Below are positions 49,863-59,263 of a stretch of 64,000 nt of DNA, piece by piece. Origin of the DNA: Pseudomonadota bacterium (GTDB lineage: Bacteria; Bdellovibrionota; UBA2428); assembly GCA_018001635.1 (NCBI GenBank), contig JAGNHS010000006.1, positions 2,905-66,904 on the forward strand. The letters are read 5' to 3'. Position 1 is the first letter of the stretch. The number at the start of each line of letters is the position of its first letter. Position numbers and translations under genes: made by a program. Under the pieces are notes generated by a model. The model was not told where the DNA came from. It saw only the letters and a program-made list of their open reading frames with translations, and did no database searches.

Positions 49863-52463
49863 TTATTTTTTGTCGTGCTTGTTGACGTGCTCCACTAAGA
49901 ATCGAAGCGCTTGCACGAAAGATCTCTCGTTGTATCCGTATCTTTCCAAGTTGCTGAGTATCTTTTGCCCAGCCGTTTGAGTTTCAGTGGCCACGGATCT
50001 TCCTTGCATGAAATCAAGGAGGCTTTGGTAGCTGTTAGTTTTTAAGTTCTGACTCATCAACCAATCAGAAATAGCTTTTTCAAGCTTAATCCACATGGGG
50101 AGGGGTGATCCGTCAGTATTATGAAGCGCTAAATTGGCAACATAAGCTTGGAGATCTGGGGGATTAAGATCGTCGCCCCAGCGTTTTCTAAAGGCCTTTT
50201 TAATTTCAGTGAGTCTATCAAAATTGATGGCAGTAGGTATGTCGCCTTTTGATTTAGTGTGGTGTGTGGCTTTAGAGTCTTGCGCTAAGTGTGAAATTTC
50301 CGAAGTGACTGCATCGTAAATACTGCGCACTTTATTGGTGTCGTTAGCAATAATCGAGTTCACATCGTTCATGAGCTTAGGAAGTATGAGCTCTGCTGCA
50401 ATTCTCTCGGCGAGTTCGAGCCATTTAGCGTATTCAGGGCGTTCCTTTTGAAATTGGTTTTCGTGAAGGGTGAGTCTAAAGGCGTCTTTTATTTCTACAG
50501 GAGTTAAAGTGTTTGAATGTCCGGGAGATTGTGCGAGTTCAAGGGCCTTTTTAAAGACCACTTCAATATCGCGTTGTCCAATTCCATTATCGCCTTCATT
50601 GAGAAGAGCTTCCTTTGAGAATTCCGTTAAAGCCGCTAGAACTTCTTGATTCTCAACAACTTCATCTCCTGTGATAATTCGAAGACGGTCAATTGGGTCG
50701 GTGAACCATCTTAGATCGGGACGTGTGATACGAGTGAGAATGTTGGCGTCTTTGAGTTTATCGATATTTGTTTCAAGCGAAGAGCCTGCGGCAATGCATC
50801 CCAAGAAATATAGCGAATAGGGTGAAATATCGACAAAGGAACTTTTGCTAGCGCTGATTTCAGCTGGCGAATCAATTTTAACTCTTACGGCGTAATGACC
50901 CTCAGGGCCTGAAATATTTCCATTGCTGTCGGGTTCTGCATAAATTTCCTTGATGAGGGGTGAATTTGAGCTTTCGTTTAGTGTGGCGAGATTTTTGTGT
51001 TCTGTTGAATCCAATTTGCGTGCACTAAAGTTATTGGGTTTGAGAGTGAGTAAAAGTGCAAGCTCTCTCCATCTTGGATGGAGGAGGTTTTTCATGGCAA
51101 TATGTTGTAAGCGAGATAGAAGAGCGTCGGTGTCCATGCGTTTTTTGGAATCTGCAATGGAACTATAGTTTGCAGAAAACACATTAAAGGTGTCCATCGC
51201 TAAAGCGGGGGTGTCTGAACCTTTGGCGACGCCTTCTTGTAATACAGAAAGTAGGAAGTGGAGAACTACGGGGTCGTTTCGAGTAACGTCGTCCCAAATG
51301 ATCATGGAGCCATCGTTTTGAGAGAGGGGTCCGTTAAAATGGAAGCCGAGAGTGTTATTGGCGCCTTTAATTCTTGCGGCTACGTTGGCAGTTCCAATTA
51401 AAGAAGAGGTGTCGGGGGCTTCTTCCATAGGACGAATAATGGGATCGCGATTGGAGGCAAGGCTGATGTCTTTTCTTGCAATACCCACAAAATTTTCAAA
51501 TATGGCTAAATAGTCAGCTACGGTGAGAGAAGTTGCTTTTGTGGCTTTTAAAATATGTTTTTTATAAAAAGGAATGAGAAATTCTCTTAGGATATCTTCT
51601 GCATGAGAATCGCGGGCGACAGCTTGGCCAGGATTTCTTTCGTAGAAATCACCAATGTCGAAACCTAACATTTTAGAGGCGGTGGCACCTAGAGTTTTTG
51701 CGTAAGCCACTTTGAGTTCGGTGGGAAGTAGGCTGAAGGGACTTCTTTGAAGGCTTGTAACATTAAGGCGATCGCTATCTTTGACTAAGAATTGATCGAG
51801 TCTTTGACCTAATGAAGGATCAGTTTGTTTTATCATGTCCAAATTTTTCCAAAAATAGGTGTATTCCTTGAATAGAGGATCTCGAACTGAGAGGTGGGCT
51901 AGGGCATATCGAATGACGTATTCGAGAACTGTTTTTCCAGTTCCTGGAGGTCCCTTTAAAAGTGGTCCTTTACTTCCGCGCATACCTTGTGCGGCTTCGG
52001 AGATGATTTTTGCCAAGCTCGAGCTAGCTTCATATTGGCCTACGAGAAAAAGTCCGCCAGTTGCGGGCAAGGCATCATGATAGACTTTGGGAACATTATA
52101 ATATTGGTGCTTGTAGACGGGGTCTAAAACTCGGCGATATCCAAAATTATTCAAGACCGCTAATTGTTTTTGATCAGCATTCATTAAAAGTAAGGGATGC
52201 TCTTTTATGAGATCGGGTAATTTTGAAAAAGGATACTCTACGGCGTATTCTTCGGTGCCGGCAATAGCTAGTTGAGCCACTGTTTCGGGCACTAAAAGAG
52301 TTGAGCATAATTTTGGATCAACATGAAAACTTTTAGGAGTGCTAGTTGTTGATTTAGCCGCGGATGCTTTTTTGCTTTCTGCTGCAAATGAAAAATTTTC
52401 TAAGCTCATTAAAAAAATAACGACGTGTGTAATTTTTAGAATTGTAGGTAGGCTTTTTCTCAT
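49863..52463 (-). CDS. Divergent PrkA/YeaG-like AAA+ serine protein kinase homolog with a signal-peptide-like N-terminus
   Basis: Walker A LLKGPPGTGKT. The region LIGTANVAARIKG...GPLSQNDGSMIIWDD...VLHFLLSVLQEGVA parallels PrkA LVGKVD...GALCRANQGIMEFVE...LHPLLTATQEGNY. The C-terminus GYNERSFVQALRFL parallels PrkA GYTRKQVRLLCEW. Homology assignment is from recollection of YeaG. Confidence 0.55.
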   Translation of the reverse strand: MRKSLPTILKITHVVIFLMSLENFSFAAESKKASAAKSTTSTPKSFHVDPKLCSTLLVPETVAQLAIAGTEEYAVEYPFSKLPDLIKEHPLLLMNADQKQLAVLNNFGYRRVLDPVYKHQYYNVPKVYHDALPATGGLFLVGQYEASSSLAKIISEAAQGMRGSKGPLLKGPPGTGKTVLEYVIRYALAHLSVRDPLFKEYTYFWKNLDMIKQTDPSLGQRLDQFLVKDSDRLNVTSLQRSPFSLLPTELKVAYAKTLGATASKMLGFDIGDFYERNPGQAVARDSHAEDILREFLIPFYKKHILKATKATSLTVADYLAIFENFVGIARKDISLASNRDPIIRPMEEAPDTSSLIGTANVAARIKGANNTLGFHFNGPLSQNDGSMIIWDDVTRNDPVVLHFLLSVLQEGVAKGSDTPALAMDTFNVFSANYSSIADSKKRMDTDALLSRLQHIAMKNLLHPRWRELALLLTLKPNNFSARKLDSTEHKNLATLNESSNSPLIKEIYAEPDSNGNISGPEGHYAVRVKIDSPAEISASKSSFVDISPYSLYFLGCIAAGSSLETNIDKLKDANILTRITRPDLRWFTDPIDRLRIITGDEVVENQEVLAALTEFSKEALLNEGDNGIGQRDIEVVFKKALELAQSPGHSNTLTPVEIKDAFRLTLHENQFQKERPEYAKWLELAERIAAELILPKLMNDVNSIIANDTNKVRSIYDAVTSEISHLAQDSKATHHTKSKGDIPTAINFDRLTEIKKAFRKRWGDDLNPPDLQAYVANLALHNTDGSPLPMWIKLEKAISDWLMSQNLKTNSYQSLLDFMQGRSVATETQTAGQKILSNLERYGYNERSFVQALRFLVEHVNKHDKK

Positions 52464-52608
52464 GACGCACCATTAGTGCTTTGTGAATAAATGTGTCAAA
52501 AGCATATTGCATAAAGTCAGGATGTAAGGCGAATTAAGATTTAACGCAAATCGTCACGATGGAAAACAAAAAATACAAAGTGTCATTGATGCCGACTATA
52601 TTTGCGGA

Positions 52609-53148
52609 ATGCGAGTCGTTTTTGTTTTTTCTTTTTTATGGGCTGCGCTTCTTTATTCTGCCACAACGAGTCAAGATTCTGCGAGCACTATATATTTTAA
52701 GGTGCTCAAGGGTTTTGATGTAGAAAAAAAGAAATCAAATGCTGAAGTAGACGCATTAGTCGGCAAAAAAATTCGCATTCCTGGATTTATGGTTCCTCTT
52801 GAATATAAATCTCAAAAGGTGACTGAGTTTTTGTTAGTACAGTCTCTTCCCTCTTGCATTCACGTACCTCCCCCCTCTCCTAATCAAACCATTATGGTGA
52901 AGATGAAGGATAAAAAAACAGTGTCTTTGAGTATGGATCCCATTTGGGTGACAGGAATCTTAAAATTGGTCAAACAAGACAAATATACATTTGGTGATGC
53001 CGTTTATAGCATTGAGGGCGAGTCTTCTGCTCCTGTAGATTCAAAAGACTTTAATAAAGTGGGTTTATTTATGGGAGATCAGGTGGATATGGCTCCTTTA
53101 GAGGAGAATCCTTTTGGTGGTGAGAGTAAAACTAAGAAAAAGAAATAG
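52609..53148 (+). CDS. DUF3299-like periplasmic protein
   Basis: Signal peptide. The FLLVQSLPSCIHVPPPSPNQ motif is characteristic of DUF3299 (assignment from recollection). Confidence 0.5.
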   Translation: MRVVFVFSFLWAALLYSATTSQDSASTIYFKVLKGFDVEKKKSNAEVDALVGKKIRIPGFMVPLEYKSQKVTEFLLVQSLPSCIHVPPPSPNQTIMVKMKDKKTVSLSMDPIWVTGILKLVKQDKYTFGDAVYSIEGESSAPVDSKDFNKVGLFMGDQVDMAPLEENPFGGESKTKKKK

Positions 53149-53185
53149 AAATAGTTTAAGAAATAGACTTAAAGGGTACGACATT

Positions 53186-53761
53186 ATGAAAAAGCATTTT
53201 TTAAAATCCCTAACATTAAGTTTGTGTCTCTCAATAACTTTGATGGCCAAAGAAAAACATCATCATCATGAGTCTTTGGCAAAGCATATTCACGGTGAAG
53301 CTAATCTCAATTTGATACTTGAAGATGATAAAAAGGGTGAGCTTGAATTTGAGGCCCCTGGCATGGATGTCGTTGGATTTGAATACGATGCCAAAACACC
53401 CAAGGAAAAAGAGAAGCTCAATCAAGTTTTGTCAGAATTTAAAAGCAAAGCTCAAGAATTATTTGTTTTGGATGCAAGTCTAAAATGCGTTTTAACTCCT
53501 AAAGAGGTGGCCTGGGAATCGGAGGATCACGAAGAGCCTGAAGGCGTTCATAGAGATCATGAAAAACAGCCCGTCGCAGAACATCATGCGATTGAAGCTT
53601 CTTACTCTATAAATTGTCAAAAGCCTCTTAAGGGGACTCGTTTTAATTTGGAGCTTTTCAAAAAATTTAAATCGTTAAAAAAAGTCAATTTTCAGTATAT
53701 GGGCAGCAATCTTCAGCGGGCCAGCGAGTTGTCTGCTGGAAAGTCTAGCATTGAGCTCTAA
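53186..53761 (+). CDS. His-rich periplasmic metal-binding protein, ZrgA/DUF2796-like
   Basis: Signal peptide. HHHHE, HIHGE and HRDHEKQPVAEHH tracts. The start is set at the internal ATG at 53186 (MKKHF). Confidence 0.5.
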   Translation: MKKHFLKSLTLSLCLSITLMAKEKHHHHESLAKHIHGEANLNLILEDDKKGELEFEAPGMDVVGFEYDAKTPKEKEKLNQVLSEFKSKAQELFVLDASLKCVLTPKEVAWESEDHEEPEGVHRDHEKQPVAEHHAIEASYSINCQKPLKGTRFNLELFKKFKSLKKVNFQYMGSNLQRASELSAGKSSIEL

Positions 53762-54455
53762 AGAGTCCATTTCTGTAGAGGCTTTAGAGTTTTCATATGT
53801 AAGAAATTCTAAGCCCTTGTTAAAAATTCCTGATTTAAAAATATTAAATGGAGATAGAGTTTTTTTATTTGGCCCAAGTGGTTCCGGAAAAAGCACCTTG
53901 CTTTCATTGCTCACTGGAGTTTTGAAACCTCAAAAAGGCAAGATAACACTTTTAAATAATTTTGAAATATCTCAGGCTAATACTATGGCGGCCGATATTT
54001 TTCGGGGGGCGCATATGGGGTATATATTCCAGCAGTTTAATTTGCTTCCTCATTTAAGCGTGCGCGAAAATATTTCATTAGTTTTGGATTTAAATCCTCT
54101 CCGATTAAATAAAGTTTTAAAATCAAGCACTGTTGAATTGGAAATTAAAAGATTAGCTCAACATTTAGAGATTGAAAATATCTTAGATCGCTCTGCAATG
54201 GCTATTAGTGTTGGTCAGCAACAACGAGTTGCCGCTGCTCGTGCCTTAATTGGTGCTCCGGACATTATTATTGCTGATGAACCCACATCTTCTTTGGATA
54301 CAGATCGCCGAGATCTTTTTATGAAAATGATTCTTAGTGAAGTTGAATTGAGTCAAAGCACTTTGATTTTTGTGAGTCATGATCAAAGTTTGATGAAGCA
54401 TTTTAATAAGCATTTTTCTATTCTGGATTGGAGTGCAGAGGGAGTCGTGCAGTGA
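53751..54455 (+). CDS. ABC transporter ATP-binding protein
   Basis: Walker A GPSGSGKST, Q-loop, signature VGQQQRVAAARAL and Walker B IIIADEPTSSLD. Confidence 0.85.
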   Translation: MSSKESISVEALEFSYVRNSKPLLKIPDLKILNGDRVFLFGPSGSGKSTLLSLLTGVLKPQKGKITLLNNFEISQANTMAADIFRGAHMGYIFQQFNLLPHLSVRENISLVLDLNPLRLNKVLKSSTVELEIKRLAQHLEIENILDRSAMAISVGQQQRVAAARALIGAPDIIIADEPTSSLDTDRRDLFMKMILSEVELSQSTLIFVSHDQSLMKHFNKHFSILDWSAEGVVQ

Positions 54456-55711
54456 TTTGGTGGCGTTTGGCGATTCGTTCTCTTGTCTTTCGTTGGCAGG
54501 CTTCATTACTAACTGTAGTTTCTATGGCGCTCAGTGTGGCGCTTTATTGTTCGGTTGAATCTCTGCGGTTGGGGGTTCATGAAACTTTTGAACAAACTGT
54601 AAGTCAAACAGATCTTATCGTGGGTGCTCGAAGCTCACCTCTGAATATTATTTTATACACCCTTTTTCATATGGGCGATGCTACGAACAATCTTCGTTAT
54701 GAAACTTTTAAGAAAATTTCATCGCATCCCGTAGTTCGATGGAGCATTCCTTTTTCTTTGGGTGATTCCCATCGTGGCTTTAGGGTGATGGCCACTAATG
54801 AAAGTTTTTATGAGTTTTTTCAATTTCGTGGGAATTGGCATATTGAATTTAATTCTGGAACTTTAGCCAAAGATGTTTTCGATGTTGTTTTAGGTTCCGA
54901 AGTGGCGGCCCGCTTGAATTACAAACTGAATGACAGAGTTGTGATTGCCCATGGAATGAGTTCAGAGAAGGGTGCTTTTTCAGAGCACAGTGATAAACCA
55001 TTTCATGTGGTGGGTATTTTGAAGCGCACAGGGACACCGGTCGATCGGGCTCTTTTTATAACTCTTGAAGGAATGGAAGCTATTCATATTAATTGGAAGG
55101 ATGGCTCAGCAGATGAATCTTCAACTCCTAAAGCGATAACAAAAGATCAGATTAAGGTGACACAAATCACATCTTTTCTATTGGGGCTGAAGTCGCGTGT
55201 TGCAGTTTTACATATGCAAAGGATGATTCAAAATTATGCGGATGAGTCTCTTGAGGCGGCTATTCCTGGTTTTGTACTGAGCCGCTTTTGGGAAAGTCTT
55301 GGAGCCTTTGAGCGCACTTTAAGTTTAATGACTCTAGCTATCTTTATAGTGGGGCTTATAGGTATGTTGATTGCATTGCTGACGTCTTTGGATCAGAGGC
55401 GAAGAGAAATGGCTGTCTTGAGGGCTTTGGGTTCTAGGGCTTTTCAAATATTTATTTTACTTTTAAGCGAAGCTTATTTTTTGATGGCTTCTTCTATTGT
55501 TGCAGGTTTGGGTCTCTATTCTCTTTTGTTCTTTCTCTTTCGTGATTTTGTTGAGTCAAAATATGGTGTGGTTTTAGTCTTGTGGCCCTTTGATTCTGAG
55601 AATCTCTATATTCTTTTAGGTCTCTTTGTGGCGGGAACTATCGCGGCATTAATACCTGCAGCTGTTGCCTACCTTAGAAGTGTTTCAGATGGATTGCAGC
55701 AAAGAACTTAG
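54428..55711 (+). CDS. ABC transporter permease, FtsX/MacB-like. A likely GTG start at 54452 overlaps the ATPase stop.
   Basis: N-terminal TM segment, a large periplasmic domain and three C-terminal TM helices, the typical FtsX-like architecture. Confidence 0.7.
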   Translation: MECRGSRAVIWWRLAIRSLVFRWQASLLTVVSMALSVALYCSVESLRLGVHETFEQTVSQTDLIVGARSSPLNIILYTLFHMGDATNNLRYETFKKISSHPVVRWSIPFSLGDSHRGFRVMATNESFYEFFQFRGNWHIEFNSGTLAKDVFDVVLGSEVAARLNYKLNDRVVIAHGMSSEKGAFSEHSDKPFHVVGILKRTGTPVDRALFITLEGMEAIHINWKDGSADESSTPKAITKDQIKVTQITSFLLGLKSRVAVLHMQRMIQNYADESLEAAIPGFVLSRFWESLGAFERTLSLMTLAIFIVGLIGMLIALLTSLDQRRREMAVLRALGSRAFQIFILLLSEAYFLMASSIVAGLGLYSLLFFLFRDFVESKYGVVLVLWPFDSENLYILLGLFVAGTIAALIPAAVAYLRSVSDGLQQRT

Positions 55712-55865
55712 TTTAAAAAGTATTTGGTTTAATAGAAAAGCATGTCATAATAATTTTGCTTAGGTTCATAATTACAGGATTTAAATGATATGAAGTTTTT
55801 CATTAATTTAAATAGTGAAATTCTTTTAGAATTTAAAATTGTCTGTTCAAAGTTTTAGGTGAGAG

Positions 55866-57881
55866 ATGAATGTGGGGAGATTGTTGAATTTTAACTTTGT
55901 ATTGCAAGAAAAGTCATTTTCATTTTTAAAAAAAATTGTTTTTAACATCTCCTGGTGTTTATTGTTGACGCTTTCAGCCTCTTCTTTAACCTATTATTGT
56001 CAGGATGGAGTTAATTGCTATTTGTCCGATGGAGCCACTACAACTTTTCATAATTATGGCACAGACTGGAAGGCTAGTGCTAGCACTGGTTATGCCGGAG
56101 ACATCGGTGTCATTTCGACTGACGGAAGCATAAGAGTGACGTCTTCGGTGGCTTTAGCTGGTGCAGTGGCTTCTATTCAGTTCACTTCAGGTTCTTATAT
56201 AGTTGAATTGATATCGAGCGGAGGTCATGGTTCTGCGTTTCAACATGCAGCACATATGTGGGGTGAATGTGGTTTTGCCACTGAATGTGATAATCCAACG
56301 GAAGCAGGTTCGTTGGATGATGACTTCACTAAAGATCCCAGTACTGGGTTAGCCAAAAAAGAAACTTGGGGCGATCCAGTAAAAGCAAATTTATTGTCAA
56401 CGAAAGGGTTTCATGGGGTTGAAGGTTCTACAGATGGCTCGTCTAGTAGCCGAATTCATACATTTGAAGTTTTGCAAAATCCAGATACGGGTGCACAAAA
56501 TAGAATTCACTCTATAGTAAATATGGCTAATTTTGTAGCCCCCGATGGACGATCGGAATATAATTGGTGCAAGCCAAAACATTTATTGAATGTGCCTTCA
56601 ACTCAACCCATGGGGGATTGGTTGGAGAAATGGGTTGATGTTGGTGTGAATTTAAACGGCACACTATACCCTGATATCATTAGAACCAAATCTCGTTTTG
56701 TACCAGGTAGAGGAGCTCCGTTTGCAGATAATCGATTGATTGCTTATTTGAATGCTGGAGTTTTTACATGGCAAGCATTGTATAATCCTCGCACTGATAA
56801 ATATGTTGACCTTTTAGCTATAAGTCGTGACCTTGGATATTATGATTATTTATATAAATTAAATAAAGATTTTCAGGATACAGCACTTTGGCTTTCAACT
56901 GCTGTAGCAAGCGGAGTCAGTGCGGCAGATATTGAACTAGGAAAATCTTATCAAGAAACTCGCATCAAGCAATTAACGGATCTTCATCAAGCTTTCGAAA
57001 CTGAAAAATATGAGCGTATGAAAAAGGCGACACCTCCATCGGAGCTTGATAATTTTATTTATCAACCCTGGGTTGCTATAGCTACCAATCCTGATGGAAA
57101 TGTTGCAATGGGAATGATGGTTATGCCAACGTCGAGAGACGTGAATCATGTTATTTGGCAAGTGTCTTATACCGACGCCTCTTGGCAGATTGCCAATCCC
57201 AACTACCCTTATAGTTATGTTACTTTGAATGCACATGATTTTTACCGTAATGTAAAAAAAGATCAGGAATATATTATGAATTCCTATGCATTTGTTGGAA
57301 CTTTTGATCGTGTTAAAACCTTAGCTAAAGCAGTCTGCAAATCAAAAAATCTTTGCGGTTCAGATACAAGTTTATTGCAAAAACCCCCTGAAGACCCGAG
57401 CTTTTTTACCTCAGATAGTAACACTCTACCAGTTTGTCGGTACTATAGTGTAGATACGGGAAGATATACCGAACTTTCTTACGGGCGATATGGAAGTGGA
57501 AGTTCTTGGTTTGGGGGAAATTGGTATATTGGAATACCTGGAGATATTTACGCTGGAGGTTATTCCATTGCTAAATTGGCAAATCCTGATGATGGTAAAT
57601 TCGCCATTGTTGGTGCAGATATTCCACTTTATCGTTGTCTTTATGGTCATGCAAAAAGTGGGACTTATTTTACATTTGTTTCTAAAGATGAAAAATGCGA
57701 AGGCCAAGTGAAGCAAGATATTTTAGGATATGGCTGGTCCTCCAATACGGGAGGGTTAAAAGAGTTGGCTAGGTGCTTTAGGTCAACGCCTTCACAGACT
57801 TCGATATTAACTACTAACCCCGGATCTGATTGTTCTGGATGGAGTGAAATTATACATTTAGGGGTGTGGGCTATACCATGA
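55866..57881 (+). CDS. Large hypothetical secreted protein (671 aa) heading the pilin-like gene cluster
   Basis: Hydrophobic N-terminus, Cys pairs and Gly/Tyr/Trp-rich repeats. Its stop overlaps the next start (ATGA). Confidence 0.45.
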   Translation: MNVGRLLNFNFVLQEKSFSFLKKIVFNISWCLLLTLSASSLTYYCQDGVNCYLSDGATTTFHNYGTDWKASASTGYAGDIGVISTDGSIRVTSSVALAGAVASIQFTSGSYIVELISSGGHGSAFQHAAHMWGECGFATECDNPTEAGSLDDDFTKDPSTGLAKKETWGDPVKANLLSTKGFHGVEGSTDGSSSSRIHTFEVLQNPDTGAQNRIHSIVNMANFVAPDGRSEYNWCKPKHLLNVPSTQPMGDWLEKWVDVGVNLNGTLYPDIIRTKSRFVPGRGAPFADNRLIAYLNAGVFTWQALYNPRTDKYVDLLAISRDLGYYDYLYKLNKDFQDTALWLSTAVASGVSAADIELGKSYQETRIKQLTDLHQAFETEKYERMKKATPPSELDNFIYQPWVAIATNPDGNVAMGMMVMPTSRDVNHVIWQVSYTDASWQIANPNYPYSYVTLNAHDFYRNVKKDQEYIMNSYAFVGTFDRVKTLAKAVCKSKNLCGSDTSLLQKPPEDPSFFTSDSNTLPVCRYYSVDTGRYTELSYGRYGSGSSWFGGNWYIGIPGDIYAGGYSIAKLANPDDGKFAIVGADIPLYRCLYGHAKSGTYFTFVSKDEKCEGQVKQDILGYGWSSNTGGLKELARCFRSTPSQTSILTTNPGSDCSGWSEIIHLGVWAIP

Positions 57882-58525
57882 AATTAAAAACTAATTATTA
57901 CGGATTTACTATTGTAGAAGTTGTTATGAGTGTTGGAATCGGGGCTATTGCTTTGGTTCTTTTGGCGACGATCATAAACAATGGAATGAAATCTTTAAAT
58001 AAGATTGAAGTCAGTCAAGACCGAGATGAGGCTTTACGTTTAGCAAGGTTGGTATTATTGCAGCCAGGCCAATGTCGATGCAATTTTAAGGAATTGGTGT
58101 TGTCTGATACGGCACCAACACCAGTTAGCGCTATATCTCTATTTGCCAACACTCAAACGTGTGCCAATCCTACGGTAATTTTAAAAATAGGGCAAAAAGT
58201 GGGACAAGCAACTAAAAATATTTCTTCGATGGAATTACGTAAAATGGCTAATTTTGGAATTAAATCTACTTTAGCAGAGTTAAATGTTTTAATTTCTGGG
58301 GAATCTAATCCTGATACAGTTTTGTTCGGCGTTGACTATGGACCGTCCGGTATGAAAATTGCTCGATGTTACTTGGATCACCCCGCTACAGTCTCTAGAA
58401 TATGTAATACTTTTGTTAGCTCTACAGTCAACTCAAGCACTTGCCAAACAGGATGTACGCCCTTTGTTACTTCAGATGCCGGTGGATTGAAGTCAGGAAT
58501 TTGCTTGGAAGCTGCTACATTTTAA
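57878..58525 (+). CDS. Type IV pilin-like protein with a prepilin-type N-terminal cleavage/methylation domain
   Basis: MKLKTNYYG|FTIVEVVMSVGIGAIALVLLATII matches the class III signal peptide (G followed by F-T-[IL]-[IV]-E). Confidence 0.65.
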   Translation: MKLKTNYYGFTIVEVVMSVGIGAIALVLLATIINNGMKSLNKIEVSQDRDEALRLARLVLLQPGQCRCNFKELVLSDTAPTPVSAISLFANTQTCANPTVILKIGQKVGQATKNISSMELRKMANFGIKSTLAELNVLISGESNPDTVLFGVDYGPSGMKIARCYLDHPATVSRICNTFVSSTVNSSTCQTGCTPFVTSDAGGLKSGICLEAATF

Positions 58526-58533
58526 AAAATATT

Positions 58534-59181
58534 ATGAGAATGAAAAATAATTCAGGATCAATTCTAATGGCGGCGATTTTTACGGTAATATTTTTAGGAA
58601 TAATTGGATACACATTGCCCATTATTATTAAAAATTTTTCCACTAATAGATTAAACGAGGTCAAGGTACAGGCAGTAAAAGATTTGCATAGGCAACTCGT
58701 TTTGATCAGTACCTTAAGATCCAGTAAAGATTGTTGGATTAAGGATGTTCCAGATTCAAGCATTTTAAATTGGACCGATTTAAAAATTTACTCAGACAAT
58801 ACGTGTAGCTCATTTCAAAAATTATGGGAAGTTGGAAAAAATATTGGTTACTTAAAGTTAGAAAAAATCCAATGGAAGTTTAATTCTTTAGTCAATGGAT
58901 TTAGGGAAGGTAAATTAGTGCTTTCAGTATCTTCGAGCGCGTCCCCAAACTTGACCAAAACAATTGAATTAGATCTTGTTGCAAGGGTGGTGAGTGCTAA
59001 GTTTGTGTCTCTAAAATTAAAAAAAGCTCCTGATGGAGGTGGTGTTTGTCGAAGCTTCGCGCAAAATGCTTCAAGCCCTTTTACAATTTCTTGCCCCTCT
59101 GAATGCTTTCCATTTGTCACGCAAACAATAAACTCTGGTTTGAGTAATAAATTTTTTCGTGGACTGTGTTTAAGGTTATAG
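58534..59181 (+). CDS. Minor pilin/PilX-like protein
   Basis: N-terminus SGSILMAAIFTVIFLGIIG resembles the PilX N-terminal hydrophobic domain. Start placed at the internal ATG at 58534. Confidence 0.4.
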   Translation: MRMKNNSGSILMAAIFTVIFLGIIGYTLPIIIKNFSTNRLNEVKVQAVKDLHRQLVLISTLRSSKDCWIKDVPDSSILNWTDLKIYSDNTCSSFQKLWEVGKNIGYLKLEKIQWKFNSLVNGFREGKLVLSVSSSASPNLTKTIELDLVARVVSAKFVSLKLKKAPDGGGVCRSFAQNASSPFTISCPSECFPFVTQTINSGLSNKFFRGLCLRL

Positions 59182-59263
59182 GTGCTACGCGTTAGTGTTT
59201 GTGTTGATGCTTCAGTCTACTTTAAGAAAGATCAGATAAACTGTAATTGAAATTTAGATTAAA

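Noticed and set aside
52464-52608. Possible sigma-70 promoter (TTGACA...TAATGG) immediately upstream of the PrkA-like gene
   Set aside because: The -10-like element would sit about 6 nt from the start codon, leaving no room for an RBS. It is not reported as a feature.
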